Below, in pieces: positions 37,241-47,821 of a stretch of 64,000 bases of DNA. Both the position numbers and the translations under genes were made by a program. The first letter of the stretch is position 1; each line of letters begins with the position of its first letter. The stretch is from the NCBI GenBank assembly GCA_963719035.1, contig CAVRAO010000002.1, forward strand, positions 352,001 through 416,000. Direction: 5' to 3'. The DNA is from Methanobacteriota archaeon. GTDB lineage: Archaea; Halobacteriota; Bog-38; Methanoflorentales; Methanoflorentaceae. The notes beneath the pieces were generated by a model. The model had not been told where the DNA came from. It did no database searches and saw only the letters and a program-made list of their open reading frames with translations.

Positions 37241-37555
37241 ATGGAACTAGACATTGCAAAATCTTTAAGAACCGCAATAAAGGATGGAAAAGTCTCTATC
37301 GGGGCGAAAAATACACTCAAATCGATTGAGAGGGGGGACAATCAGTTGGTCGTACTAGCCTCCAACTGTCCGCAGAGGTTCCGCGAAAGAATTATCTCTA
37401 AGAGCGTTCCGATCGTCGATCTCGAGATAAGCAGCGTCGAATTAGGGTCAATGTGTGGCAAGCCATTTACTATTTCAGCTCTTTCGATCATACATGCGGG
37501 ATCTTCAGATATTATGTCTATAAGGGAAAAGGAGATAAGTAATGACAGAAGTTAA
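37241..37555 (+). CDS. rpl30e: 50S ribosomal protein L30e
   Basis: GKVSIG, LASNCP, ELGSMCGKPF; operon position. Confidence 0.95.
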   Translation: MELDIAKSLRTAIKDGKVSIGAKNTLKSIERGDNQLVVLASNCPQRFRERIISKSVPIVDLEISSVELGSMCGKPFTISALSIIHAGSSDIMSIREKEISNDRS

Positions 37556-37973
37556 GCTCACAACAGAAGGGATACGCTACATAGCCTTGTTTGAGAGTTT
37601 AACTCAAGCAGTCGCCCGTGATTGTTACATCGACGACGAAAATGATCGCGTGATATTCGTCGTCAAAAATGGGGATATGGGCCTAGCGATTGGCAAGAAT
37701 GGCAACAACATAAACAGAGTAAAGAGATCAATAGGCAAGCATATCGAGATAGTCGAGTTCTCAGGTGACGTTGACGAGTTCATCGCAAACGCGCTTCAAC
37801 CCGTTTCTGTAAAGAAAGTTCACGTCGTTATAAAAGAGAGCAAGAAGCTTGCGTATGTCGAAGTCACGTCCAAAGATCGCGGCATCGCGATTGGAAAAAA
37901 CGGAAGAAACATTCACAAAGCCAAAGTGCTTGCACAAAGGCACTATGGGCTAGACGATGTTATAATTCAATAA
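37542..37973 (+). CDS. nusA: Archaeal NusA (two KH domains)
   Basis: Two AIGKNG.NI KH motifs; operon position. Confidence 0.95.
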   Translation: MTEVKLTTEGIRYIALFESLTQAVARDCYIDDENDRVIFVVKNGDMGLAIGKNGNNINRVKRSIGKHIEIVEFSGDVDEFIANALQPVSVKKVHVVIKESKKLAYVEVTSKDRGIAIGKNGRNIHKAKVLAQRHYGLDDVIIQ

Positions 37974-37993
37974 GCCACAAATGGAGAGTCGTT

Positions 37994-38422
37994 ATGGGAA
38001 GGGGAATCTATGCCGCACGCAAACTGAAACAAGACCACCAAGCGCTTCGATGGAGCGACAGGAAATTTAGCCGCAGAGAACTTCATTTGGACGAAAAAGC
38101 GGATCCTTTGGAAGGTGCACCGCAAGCAAGAGGAATAGTCCTTGAAAAAGTGGGAGTTGAAGCAAAGCAGCCAAATTCCGCTATACGGAAGTGCGTACGA
38201 ATCCAACTTATCAAAAACGGCCGCCAAGTTACAGCATTTTGCCCCGGAGTTGCCGCGGTAAATTTTATTGACGAGCACGACGAAGTCACCGTGGAAGGGA
38301 TTGGAGGCCGTATGGGCGGTTCAATGGGAGATATTCCGGGAGTCCGATTTAAGGTCATAAAAGTCAATAACGTGTCTCTTGAAGAAATGGTCCGCGGCAG
38401 AAAAGAAAAACCAATACGGTAA
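37994..38422 (+). CDS. rps12: 30S ribosomal protein S12
   Basis: [22 protein letters not shown]. Confidence 0.97.
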   Translation: MGRGIYAARKLKQDHQALRWSDRKFSRRELHLDEKADPLEGAPQARGIVLEKVGVEAKQPNSAIRKCVRIQLIKNGRQVTAFCPGVAAVNFIDEHDEVTVEGIGGRMGGSMGDIPGVRFKVIKVNNVSLEEMVRGRKEKPIR

Positions 38423-38426
38423 TATC

Positions 38427-38999
38427 ATGCAAACGGAACAAAATAGCTTGGTCTTCAGCAAATGGGAAACCACTGACATTCAGGTTGAAGATCCCGGTAT
38501 CAAGCGCTACGTCCATTTTGAATCGCCAGAAATTCATACTGGCGGAAGACATGCTCATCAACAGTTCAACAAATCGAACTTATCTATAGTCGAACGATTG
38601 ACAAACAAACTTATGCGCGGAGAGGACAACACCGGAAAAAAAATAAAAGCGTACGGGACCATAAGAAAGGCGTTTGACGCTGTGAACAAACGCACAGGTG
38701 AAAATCCTATAAAGCTGCTTATTCAAGCTATAGAAAACGCTGGACCTCGTGAAGAAACGGTGCGGTTGAAATACGGCGGTATTTCCGTTCCAAAAGCTGT
38801 TGATACCGCATCTCAGCGGCGAGTCGACTTAGCCCTAATGTACATTGCGCAAGGCGCTCAGAAGGCTGCGTTTAAAAGCAAGCGAACAATCGATGATTGT
38901 CTTGCATCAGAGATCATAGCCGCAGCAAAAAATGACGTGCGGAGCTTTTCGATCAGCAAAAAAGAAGAAAAAGAGCGAGTAGCGAAGGCAGCAAGATAA
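38427..38999 (+). CDS. rps7: 30S ribosomal protein S7
   Basis: [30 protein letters not shown]. Confidence 0.96.
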   Translation: MQTEQNSLVFSKWETTDIQVEDPGIKRYVHFESPEIHTGGRHAHQQFNKSNLSIVERLTNKLMRGEDNTGKKIKAYGTIRKAFDAVNKRTGENPIKLLIQAIENAGPREETVRLKYGGISVPKAVDTASQRRVDLALMYIAQGAQKAAFKSKRTIDDCLASEIIAAAKNDVRSFSISKKEEKERVAKAAR

Positions 39000-39018
39000 G
39001 GTATTTTTGGATTGACAC

Positions 39019-41208
39019 ATGGTAAGTAGGCAGCAGATGGTTGAGCGTGTAACAACGCTCATGGATCGACCTGAATATATTCGCAACATCGGAATTGTGG
39101 CACATATAGATCACGGAAAAACTACACTTTCCGACAATCTGCTCGCAGGAGCAGGGATGATCTCAAAGGAGCTTGCTGGAACACAACTATTCATGGACTT
39201 TGATGAAGAGGAGCAAGCGAGGGGGATCACAATCAACTCAGCAAACGTGTCCATGGTTCACGAGTTTCTCGGGAAGGAATACCTGATAAACCTCATTGAT
39301 ACCCCAGGACATGTCGACTTCGGGGGGGACGTCACACGCGCAATGCGAGCTGTTGACGGTGCAGTCGTGGTGGTCGATGCTGTTGAGGGGACGATGCCCC
39401 AAACGGAAACAGTCTTGCGGCAGGCACTCAAGGAAAACGTCAAGCCAATCCTCTTCATTAACAAAGTTGACAGGCTAGTCAACGAGCTTAAACTCGATCC
39501 GCAAGCTATGATGGGAAAATTCGTCAATCTTATCAATCACGTAAATAAGCTCATCCGCGGCATGAATGAAAAGAAGTTTAACGCAGGATGGAAGGTCAAG
39601 GTCGACGATGGTTCTGTCGCGTTTGGATCTGCACTCTATAATTGGGCTTTGAGCGTGCCTCAGATGAAAAAAACGGACATTACGTTCAAAGATGTGTACG
39701 AATACTGTGCTGACAACAAGCAAAAAGAACTTGCCGAGCGCAGCCCAATTCACGAAATTATACTTAACATGGTTATCACGCACCTGCCGAACCCTCTACA
39801 AGCGCAGAAAGAACGCGTTCCTGTAATATGGCACGGTGATCAAAAATCTAAGGAGGGCAGAGCGATGCTGAGCTGCGACCAGAAAGGGCCAGTAGCGCTG
39901 ATGGTTACTGATATAACCATCGATCCTCACGCAGGTGAAGTTGCTACTGGACGACTTTTTTCGGGTGCGCTAGAGCGCGGACAGGAGGTCTTTGTTTCTG
40001 GCATGCCAAAAAATAACCGGGTCCAACAAGTAGGCATATTTATGGGTGCAGAGCGGATCGAAGTTGAACGAATTCCAGCAGGCAACATCGCAGCCGTCAC
40101 TGGGCTACGCGACGCTATTGTGGGTTCGACGATTTCTTCTGCAAAAGAAACCGCTCCTTTTGAAAGCATCAAACACGCGAGTGAGCCGGTTGTTACTGTG
40201 GCAGTTGAAGCTAAGAGTATGAAAGATCTGCCTAAGCTCGTAGAAGTGCTGCGACAAATTTCAAAGGAAGATCCAACGCTCCGCGTGACTATCAATGAGG
40301 AGACAGGAGAACACTTAATCTCCGGTATGGGTGAATTACATCTGGAGATAATTGCCCATAAAATCGAGAGAGATAAAAACGTTCAAATCACCACGTCAGA
40401 ACCTATAGTCGTTTATAGAGAGACTGTCCAAGGACGAGCTGGCCCTGTCGAAGGTAAATCTCCTAACCGCCATAACCGCTTTTACTTCGAGATTGAAGCC
40501 TTGCCAAGTGATGTGGTCACTTTGCTAAAAGAAGGTGCCCTCAATATGAATGCCCCAGAAATAGAACGGCGTACGATGCTCATGGAAGCAGGCTTAGAAA
40601 AGGATGAAGCGAGAAACGTAGCTGATGTCTTCGAATCAAATCTTCTTTTCGATATGACGAAAGGTATTCAATATCTACGCGAAACCATGGAACTCATAAT
40701 CGAGGGATACCACGAAGCGATGAAAACCGGGCCGTTAACACGAGAGCCTTGTGAGGGCATAAAAGTCAGATTGGTAGATGTCACCCTGCACGAAGATGCT
40801 GTGCATAGGGGCCCCGCTCAAGTCATCCCTGCAGTTAGATCAGCGATATTTGCGGCCATTCTAATGGCTAACGACGTGGTGCTAGAACCTATGCAAAAGG
40901 TGTTTATAAGCGTGCCCCAAAACCTAATGGGAAGCGCGACGCAGCAAATACAAGGAAGGCGTGGCCAAATACTCGATATCGATTCCGAAGGAGATACAGT
41001 CGTTGTAGTCGGTAAAACACCGGTCGCTGAGATGTTTGGTTTTGCTGGAGATTTACGATCAGCCACCGAAGGACGCGCTATTTGGAGTACTGAATTCCTC
41101 GGATTTGAGGGGTTACCACAAAGCTTACAACCAGAAATAGTAAAACAAATAAGGCAGAGGAAAGGTCTAAAAGCCGAGATGCCAAAACCACACGACTTCA
41201 TAGGTTGA
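39019..41208 (+). CDS. fusA: Elongation factor EF-2
   Basis: [32 protein letters not shown] diphthamide site. Confidence 0.98.
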   Translation: MVSRQQMVERVTTLMDRPEYIRNIGIVAHIDHGKTTLSDNLLAGAGMISKELAGTQLFMDFDEEEQARGITINSANVSMVHEFLGKEYLINLIDTPGHVDFGGDVTRAMRAVDGAVVVVDAVEGTMPQTETVLRQALKENVKPILFINKVDRLVNELKLDPQAMMGKFVNLINHVNKLIRGMNEKKFNAGWKVKVDDGSVAFGSALYNWALSVPQMKKTDITFKDVYEYCADNKQKELAERSPIHEIILNMVITHLPNPLQAQKERVPVIWHGDQKSKEGRAMLSCDQKGPVALMVTDITIDPHAGEVATGRLFSGALERGQEVFVSGMPKNNRVQQVGIFMGAERIEVERIPAGNIAAVTGLRDAIVGSTISSAKETAPFESIKHASEPVVTVAVEAKSMKDLPKLVEVLRQISKEDPTLRVTINEETGEHLISGMGELHLEIIAHKIERDKNVQITTSEPIVVYRETVQGRAGPVEGKSPNRHNRFYFEIEALPSDVVTLLKEGALNMNAPEIERRTMLMEAGLEKDEARNVADVFESNLLFDMTKGIQYLRETMELIIEGYHEAMKTGPLTREPCEGIKVRLVDVTLHEDAVHRGPAQVIPAVRSAIFAAILMANDVVLEPMQKVFISVPQNLMGSATQQIQGRRGQILDIDSEGDTVVVVGKTPVAEMFGFAGDLRSATEGRAIWSTEFLGFEGLPQSLQPEIVKQIRQRKGLKAEMPKPHDFIG

Positions 41209-41225
41209 AAGGAGGAAGAATAAAA

Positions 41226-42491
41226 ATGGCTGAAAAGCCCCACTTGAATTTGGCAATGATAGGTCACGTTGACCATGGTAAGAGCACCTTGGTCGGACGG
41301 CTGTTGTTTGAAACGGGCAACGTAGGTGCGCACATAATTGAATCATACAAGAAAGAGGCAGAGGCAAAGGGCAAAGGGTCCTTTGAGTTTGCATGGGTGA
41401 TGGACTCTCTAAAGGAAGAGCGCGAAAGAGGCGTCACAATTGACATTGCGCATCAGAGATTCGATACAGAAAGCTACTATTTCACAATCGTCGATTGTCC
41501 TGGTCACCGCGACTTCGTAAAGAACATGATTACGGGAGCATCGCAAGCTGATGCAGCAATCCTAGTAGTTGCAGCGCCCGATGGCGTTATGGCTCAGACG
41601 AAAGAACACGTCTTCCTTGCCCGGACGCTTGGAATCAATCAGCTGATAGTGGCAATCAATAAGATGGATGCTTCAGAGTACGGTGAAAAACGCTTTAATG
41701 AGGTAAAAGACGAAGTCAGCAAATTGCTGAAAACAGTTGGTTACCGAGAGGGAGACGTTCAATATGTCCCTGTTTCGGCCTTTAAAGGCGATAACGTTAC
41801 GAAACTTAGTGACAACATGTCGTGGTATAAAGGCGAGACACTCTTGCAGGAGATCAACAAGTTCAAAGTCCCTGAAAAACCAGTTAATTTACCTCTCAGA
41901 TTACCTATACAAGACGTCTATACTATTTCAGGTATAGGGACCGTGCCTGTTGGAAGAGTCGAGACGGGCAAAATGAAAAAAGGCGACAAAGTAATATTCG
42001 AGCCCGCAGATGTCCGAGGAGAAATAAAATCTATAGAAATGCATCACGAAGAGATCCCAGAAGCAGTACCCGGAGATAACGTCGGTTTCAACGTCCGCGG
42101 CGTGGCCAAGAAGGATATCAAGCGCGGCGATGTTACCGGACATCAAGATGCCCCCCCAAGTGTCGCAAAGGAGTTTACAGCCCAAATCGTCGTTTTGCAG
42201 CATCCAAGTGCAATCACTGCAGGTTATACGCCTGTATTCCACGCTCACACCGCGCAGGTAGCGTGTACATTCACCGAGATAAAGGCAAAGCTCGATCCTA
42301 AAACAGGACAAGTGAAACAATCCAACCCAGACTTCATAAAAACAGGCGACGCAGCTATTGTACAAATAAGGCCGACAAAACCCCTAGTGATTGAAAAGGT
42401 CAAAGAGATCCCGCAATTAGGGCGCTTTGCAATCCGGGATATGGGGCAGACTATCGCAGCAGGTATGTGCATCGATCTAGTACCCCGCTAA
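41226..42491 (+). CDS. tuf: Elongation factor EF-1 alpha
   Basis: [39 protein letters not shown]. Confidence 0.98.
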   Translation: MAEKPHLNLAMIGHVDHGKSTLVGRLLFETGNVGAHIIESYKKEAEAKGKGSFEFAWVMDSLKEERERGVTIDIAHQRFDTESYYFTIVDCPGHRDFVKNMITGASQADAAILVVAAPDGVMAQTKEHVFLARTLGINQLIVAINKMDASEYGEKRFNEVKDEVSKLLKTVGYREGDVQYVPVSAFKGDNVTKLSDNMSWYKGETLLQEINKFKVPEKPVNLPLRLPIQDVYTISGIGTVPVGRVETGKMKKGDKVIFEPADVRGEIKSIEMHHEEIPEAVPGDNVGFNVRGVAKKDIKRGDVTGHQDAPPSVAKEFTAQIVVLQHPSAITAGYTPVFHAHTAQVACTFTEIKAKLDPKTGQVKQSNPDFIKTGDAAIVQIRPTKPLVIEKVKEIPQLGRFAIRDMGQTIAAGMCIDLVPR

Positions 42492-42505
42492 CGTCACAAG
42501 GTTAA

Positions 42506-42814
42506 ATGCAGAAAGCAAGAATAAGACTGTCGGGAACAAGCCCCGAAATGCTCGATTACGTTTGTGAACAGGTCAAGAGCATCGCCGACAAAACAGGAGT
42601 GAACCTCTCCGGTCCGGTCCCCCTCCCTACTAAAAGGCTTAGAGTGCCAACACGAAAAAGTCCTGACGGAGAGGGCACGGCGACGTGGGAGCATTGGGAA
42701 ATGAGGGTTCACAAACGACTTATCGATCTTGATGCTGACGAACGCGCCCTTCGGCAGCTTATGAGGATACAAGTCCCGAAAGATATCAACATCGAAATTG
42801 TGCTAGAAGGCTAA
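42506..42814 (+). CDS. rps10: 30S ribosomal protein S10
   Basis: [25 protein letters not shown]. Confidence 0.97.
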   Translation: MQKARIRLSGTSPEMLDYVCEQVKSIADKTGVNLSGPVPLPTKRLRVPTRKSPDGEGTATWEHWEMRVHKRLIDLDADERALRQLMRIQVPKDINIEIVLEG

Positions 42815-42882
42815 GTCCCGTCTTATCCAGAGTGATTTCGCTTAAAACTTGCAATCATCTCGCTTTAGCATAATTATTTACA

Positions 42883-42989
42883 GCCGAGGTAGCCAAGTGG
42901 ACTACGGCGCCAGCCTTGAGCGTACCTATTGGTTCAATGATAGCTGGTGAGGCTTTTGCCTCGCAGGGGTTCAAATCCCTTCCTCGGCG
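42883..42989 (+). tRNA. tRNA-Ser (TGA) with about 21-nt intron (approx. 42921-42941)
   Basis: GCCGAGG/CCTCGGC-G; CCAGC CT TGA G [insert] A GCTGG; long variable arm GAGGC-TTTT-GCCTC; GGTTCAAATCC. Confidence 0.9.
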
Positions 42990-42991
42990 CC

Positions 42992-43270
42992 TTATTTTGT
43001 GACACCTTTTTCCCAAGGCTTGAAAATGCAAAGCTGTTTGTTTGCTTCATCAATCTCAACGATCGAGTAACTGATGCCTCGTCTTTCAAGAAAATCGATA
43101 AAGAAGTGCTCAAAATAAGCAGTTCCGTCCTCGTCAAATCTGGTTGCTGCAAAAACAAATGCCATCATATTCTGGCAGAACCGCGACGCTAGCCAGTAAT
43201 AGTCGTTATCTGAAATGTGGTACTTAACGAGTGGCTTCTCTTTCGCCGACTTGGATCTAAACAACGGCAT
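42992..43270 (-). CDS. Hypothetical protein (92 aa)
   Basis: ATG-started ORF with protein-like composition; no family recognised. Confidence 0.5.
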   Translation of the reverse strand: MPLFRSKSAKEKPLVKYHISDNDYYWLASRFCQNMMAFVFAATRFDEDGTAYFEHFFIDFLERRGISYSIVEIDEANKQLCIFKPWEKGVTK

Positions 43271-43555
43271 GCTGGCGCCTGCGAAGTATCTGTATCTACC
43301 TCTAAGTTCTACGTTTAACGTTTAAATGTTAGCAGAAGCGCCAGAAAAATTTGGCCAAGTCCGAGAATAGAACACCGAAACAGCCCATATTGTCAAAATG
43401 CTTGTTCCGCCCGACGTCTTTCAAACTAAACAATTTCTCAGTTCTAAAGACCTGACTTCAATTTGTTAGCCTTGACTAAAAAAACCGGCTTACGTAAGCG
43501 TTCATACAAACACATCCGGTGGATTTAAAATACCAGAGATTTATATGTAGTTCAA

Positions 43556-44434
43556 ATGAGCGATGAAATTAAGTTTGTAATTCCAAAGGGCAGTTTGGAG
43601 GCACAGACATTCAAGTTCTTGAAGCTAGCAGACTTAGAAGTCATCAGAAAAGGTCCGAGGGACTATAACCCAAAGATCAAAGACTTTAGAATAAGTGCTG
43701 TAAAGGTGTTGAGACCTCAAGAAATCCCTAAATATGTTGCAGCTGGCTACTTCGATCTTGGCATAACTGGACTAGACTGGGTGCGCGAGACTGGAAGTAA
43801 GGTGCAAATCGTCGCAGAGCTTCCATACAGCAAGACAGCATCTGAAAAAGTAAAAATCGTGCTCGCAGTCCACGAACAATCGACGGCTAATGAGCCGCTT
43901 GATTTGAAGAAAGGTAGCAGGATATCGACAGAATATCCAAACCTAGCACAGCAATATTTCACGCGGCTGGGCGTATCAGTTGATATATTCTTATCCTATG
44001 GTGCCACCGAAGCTAAAGTTCCAGACATCATGGACGGTATTGTCGAGCTAACTGAGACAGGTGAGACTCTTCGGAGAAGCGGTCTTAAAATAATCGACGT
44101 CATTCTTGAATCATCAACTGTGCTGATCGCCAACGAAGAAAGCTACCTCATTAAACGTCGTTCAATAGACGATATTAAGACGCTTATATTAGGGGCCATA
44201 GACGCACAAAACAGGGCTTTGATCAAAATGAATGTGCCGAAACTAAAGCTCAAAGAAATTATTGCTATATTGCCTACGATGAAAGCCCCCAGTGTTGCCA
44301 AATTATTTGAAACAGACTACTACGCTGTAGAATCGGTAGTACCAAAAGAACAGATTAATGAGCTGATTCCAAAGCTTAAGCAGCACGGAGCGGAAGATAT
44401 TTTAGAGTTGTCAATAAGCAAGATCGTAGACTAG
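43556..44434 (+). CDS. hisG: ATP phosphoribosyltransferase (long form)
   Basis: IPKGSL, RPQEIP, DLGITGLD, TEYPN, GATE, ETGETL; C-terminal regulatory domain. Confidence 0.95.
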   Translation: MSDEIKFVIPKGSLEAQTFKFLKLADLEVIRKGPRDYNPKIKDFRISAVKVLRPQEIPKYVAAGYFDLGITGLDWVRETGSKVQIVAELPYSKTASEKVKIVLAVHEQSTANEPLDLKKGSRISTEYPNLAQQYFTRLGVSVDIFLSYGATEAKVPDIMDGIVELTETGETLRRSGLKIIDVILESSTVLIANEESYLIKRRSIDDIKTLILGAIDAQNRALIKMNVPKLKLKEIIAILPTMKAPSVAKLFETDYYAVESVVPKEQINELIPKLKQHGAEDILELSISKIVD

Positions 44435-44454
44435 CAGGCTCTTTTCGTACGAAG

Positions 44455-45303
44455 ATGATTAAACGGACTATCGTGCCCCCGATCCCGTTGCGCGCGTGCG
44501 CACTACTAATCCTAGTTGCAGTAGCACTAACCGCTACGCTGGCTGGTTGCATGACAGAACAGCCAAGCAGCGAAAGAACGTCTCATGCAATCAATTCGGT
44601 CAATGTCACGCATACTTATCATTACACTTACAACGGCACGTCGTATCTCACAGGGATAATCAAAAACATAGGAATACAGAACCTTGTGGACGTGAGCCTT
44701 CAAGCAGAAGGATACGCGAACAACACAACGTATGAGCGAGGCTACGCAGGTCCGGAAACAGGAGTCAATTCAACACTCCTCCCTGGGGGGGCCGCACCAT
44801 TTATGATCAAAATGTTGCCGGTGGTGTTTGGCGGTGCTAGCACCACTCCCCTCAATCAAACACAAGTTGCATCAGCAAACGTGAAAACAGCGACCTCTAC
44901 GCGAAATATCACCTCCAATAATTCAAAAATTCAAACTAGCACGCAGCCAGCAAAAAAATACAATTTAAGCTATAAGATAATACTGCCGTCCGACCTTAAG
45001 ATCTCAAACGAAGACCCGTTTCCGCTGACGATCGTGAACAACAAAACCCACGTCTTAAACCAGACCGTTAGCGGCGTCAGCGGAGAGGTTTACAACGGGG
45101 GAACCGAGAACGTCAACTCCTCGGTTGTAGCAGTCGCACTCTACACAAAAGACGGAAATGTTTTGGGCGTTTTTGCAGGCAAGCCGCAAGGAGAGTTGGC
45201 TCCAAAAAAGACAGCGCCATTTCAAATCGATATTACACGCAATTTTTCTATTTCGTTAGCAGACGTAACCAGAGCCGAAGTATATGCATACAAGACTAGT
45301 TGA
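44455..45303 (+). CDS. Secreted lipoprotein with two Ig-like (FxLYD-like) domains
   Basis: Hydrophobic signal plus LAGC lipobox; repeated G.(I/V).N.G...L.P...APF.I units; S/T/N-rich linker. Confidence 0.7.
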   Translation: MIKRTIVPPIPLRACALLILVAVALTATLAGCMTEQPSSERTSHAINSVNVTHTYHYTYNGTSYLTGIIKNIGIQNLVDVSLQAEGYANNTTYERGYAGPETGVNSTLLPGGAAPFMIKMLPVVFGGASTTPLNQTQVASANVKTATSTRNITSNNSKIQTSTQPAKKYNLSYKIILPSDLKISNEDPFPLTIVNNKTHVLNQTVSGVSGEVYNGGTENVNSSVVAVALYTKDGNVLGVFAGKPQGELAPKKTAPFQIDITRNFSISLADVTRAEVYAYKTS

Positions 45304-45306
45304 CGC

Positions 45307-45651
45307 TCATACCTGGCTAACGAGAACCTCATCGTCGATGACTTCGATTCTAAGTTCGCCCTCGGGTACCTCTGTCTTAAAAACCCTCTCGCAAACGCGC
45401 ATCGGCAAAAAGACTTCGATATTGTCTTCATCCCTAGTATAGGTCCCAACAACGCTTCCATGCGTTGCTTGTTCCGCGCCTGTAGTTTCGACCAGCGTTA
45501 TCGTTTCTTCTTTAATGCTTGTAGAGACGCTCCCAGATGCTTTGTTAAGTGGAAAAGCGCTCCCTATACAAAACGTCTCTATGCACTTTGCAGGTATCAC
45601 TATAGTTGTAAAATCTTCGTCACAGCGATACGTCACTTTACCCATTAACAT
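45307..45651 (-). CDS. Hypothetical protein, possible tandem AbrB-like swapped-hairpin fold
   Basis: Two internal units, TIVIPAKCIETF...IKEETITL and IEVFLPMRVCERVF...VIDDEVLV; GGAGGAG RBS. Confidence 0.6.
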   Translation of the reverse strand: MLMGKVTYRCDEDFTTIVIPAKCIETFCIGSAFPLNKASGSVSTSIKEETITLVETTGAEQATHGSVVGTYTRDEDNIEVFLPMRVCERVFKTEVPEGELRIEVIDDEVLVSQV

Positions 45652-45788
45652 AAAGCGCTCTCCTCCAATCCAGCACTACGACCATAATGCACACAGATAT
45701 TTAAAATCAACTCAATGAAACGTTGTTTATTTCAAAGAATTTAACTAAGGTAGGCTTCCGCGCTGCACTTAGAGCTACCGTTCGGACA

Positions 45789-46193
45789 CTAGTTGATATG
45801 TAAATCGTCATCGAAGAAGCGGAGTTCGAACTTTGGACCAAGTTCCTGAAGCTTATTGTTCGCTGCGCTTCTCGTTTTTTCGGGCAATATTAAAACAATT
45901 CGATCTACGTTAAGATTCTTGAGCGGAAGCCATTTCGCAACCAGCTCATCTGTTATCTCGTCCTCAACGACAACTTCCGAAATCATCGTCGGCGTATCGC
46001 TTGACACGAATGGCTTAACGCTATATACATCATAAACGAGCAGATCCGGATATACTTCGTCAATGCTAGCAACTTTATTTCCCATAATATTCGTGACGAC
46101 TTTGTATTTTTTAAACAGAGTCTCTGATGCTTTTCTAACAACTTCGTCGTGAAGCTCTGCCTTCGAACCGCTTTGAGTGGGCATAAGTATCAT
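45789..46193 (-). CDS. Hypothetical protein, possible PD-(D/E)XK nuclease-like fold
   Basis: H..VV helix, YPDLLV strand, ISEV strand, IVLILP. Confidence 0.55.
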   Translation of the reverse strand: MILMPTQSGSKAELHDEVVRKASETLFKKYKVVTNIMGNKVASIDEVYPDLLVYDVYSVKPFVSSDTPTMISEVVVEDEITDELVAKWLPLKNLNVDRIVLILPEKTRSAANNKLQELGPKFELRFFDDDLHIN

Positions 46194-46425
46194 GTAAAGA
46201 TTATGACTTCATACACTTTTTGGCGTGTCAGTTGTTAGGGTCTTGACGGCGACTTTGTATGCGTTTCTGTTCTACAAGTACCTTGTTCGGCGTATAGCCG
46301 TCTTCGCCTCGGTGTACCTAGATGTGCAATTCTAATGATCCTAGAAGCGTAACAAAATAATTTCACTACATAACTTTTTATTGAAATCTCCAAAAATGAA
46401 CTTTGTTCTTCAAAGAGGTGTCCTA

Positions 46426-46875
46426 ATGCGTATAGACGAAATGAATAAGAAGATATTATACTTGCTGCAGCAAGATGGCAGAATGACGTACAAAGACATT
46501 GCCAAAGCGATAAATAGGTCAGAATCAACAGTTCGTGATAGGATATCAATAATGGAGGACGAAGGCGTTATAAAAGGATATTGTGCAGTCGTCGATAGGG
46601 CAAAGGTGGGACTTCACTGCTGTGCCAGCGTCTTTGCAAAAGCTCCCTTGGAAGAGCTCGACTCTTTATCGAAGAAATTAACGGAATTTGAGAATGTTTT
46701 TCAAATCGAGCACGTCAGTGGGGGCCACAATTTACGTTTTTCTGTGGCGGCTCTTGATTATTCTCAGCTTAGGAGCGTTATGAATGGCAAAATTGCTGAT
46801 CTCCCGCTCGAAATAAGGCAAATAGACATTGTCATGAAATCGCTGAAAGAGCTAGGGCCCCTCAAACTAGAATAG
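46426..46875 (+). CDS. Lrp/AsnC family transcriptional regulator
   Basis: IDEMNKKILYLLQQDGRMTYKDIA...STVRDRI..MEDEGVIKGY; GAGGTG RBS. Confidence 0.92.
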   Translation: MRIDEMNKKILYLLQQDGRMTYKDIAKAINRSESTVRDRISIMEDEGVIKGYCAVVDRAKVGLHCCASVFAKAPLEELDSLSKKLTEFENVFQIEHVSGGHNLRFSVAALDYSQLRSVMNGKIADLPLEIRQIDIVMKSLKELGPLKLE

Positions 46876-46975
46876 AGGAGGTGCTATTTGTCTGCGCTGC
46901 AACACCTAGTTGAATCTTTTTCGACAACAAATAGACAACGGCGACTTAATAATGTGTTGCGCATTAGATTGACTA

Positions 46976-47821
46976 ATGGAATCTAGATGGGTGAAGAAGC
47001 ACAAATATAAGATGCCCAGAGGGATGCGATACTCAACCTTAGCAGAAAGAGCCGAGTTCTATTGTAACGAGTTCAATACTGAAGCACTACTTGTCTGGCA
47101 GTCTTTCCGAAAAACGACCGTATTGTCCTTCTTAGTCGGAAAATATACCCAAATCTACCTCAAACAGTTTGAGGAAATCAGAGACGATGTGGTTGTGATT
47201 GACGATTACTGTGATGTTAAGGGCATGCAACAATACCTCCTCAAATACCTCCCTGAGGGGGTCTATTACGACACAAATCATTACGAAGATCTTGACATAT
47301 GTAGAGGTTGTCTATATTGCTTCGAGACAGACAAGTGTCTTACTTGCAGGCATTACGTCGGACAAGAGCTTGTTTTTGATTTAGACCCTGAAAACGTTTA
47401 TTGTCCAATACATGGCGACTTAGATCAGAAAATGAAGGCACACCAAGGCCGCATGCTCTGTATGATTGAATTCAAGATCTTGAGAAAAAAAGCAGTTCTG
47501 ATGTACCGCGAGCTCAAACAGACGTATTCTAAACTACGCGTCATTTATTCGGGTCGCGGTTTTCATATTCACGTTCTCGATTCAGATGCGGTTTATTTAA
47601 CGCGCGCAGAAAGAAGTGCGTTGGCTAAACGGTGCGCAAAAAAATTCCCTATAGATGAATGGGTCACAGCTGGGAATATAAAACTGATTAGACTCCCTTA
47701 CTCGCTACATGGAATGATCTCAAGAATCTGCGTTCCAATAGATCCAAATGAAATCGAGGCTTTTAACCCTATTAACTACGGGCCGGCGGTACCCCGTTTT
47801 CTTACGTTTGAAAGAACCTGA
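46976..47821 (+). CDS. PriS-like archaeo-eukaryotic primase (AEP) paralog
   Basis: ELVFDLD (motif I), YSGRGFHIHV (motif II), PIDEWV (motif III), LIRLPYSLH. Confidence 0.85.
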   Translation: MESRWVKKHKYKMPRGMRYSTLAERAEFYCNEFNTEALLVWQSFRKTTVLSFLVGKYTQIYLKQFEEIRDDVVVIDDYCDVKGMQQYLLKYLPEGVYYDTNHYEDLDICRGCLYCFETDKCLTCRHYVGQELVFDLDPENVYCPIHGDLDQKMKAHQGRMLCMIEFKILRKKAVLMYRELKQTYSKLRVIYSGRGFHIHVLDSDAVYLTRAERSALAKRCAKKFPIDEWVTAGNIKLIRLPYSLHGMISRICVPIDPNEIEAFNPINYGPAVPRFLTFERT

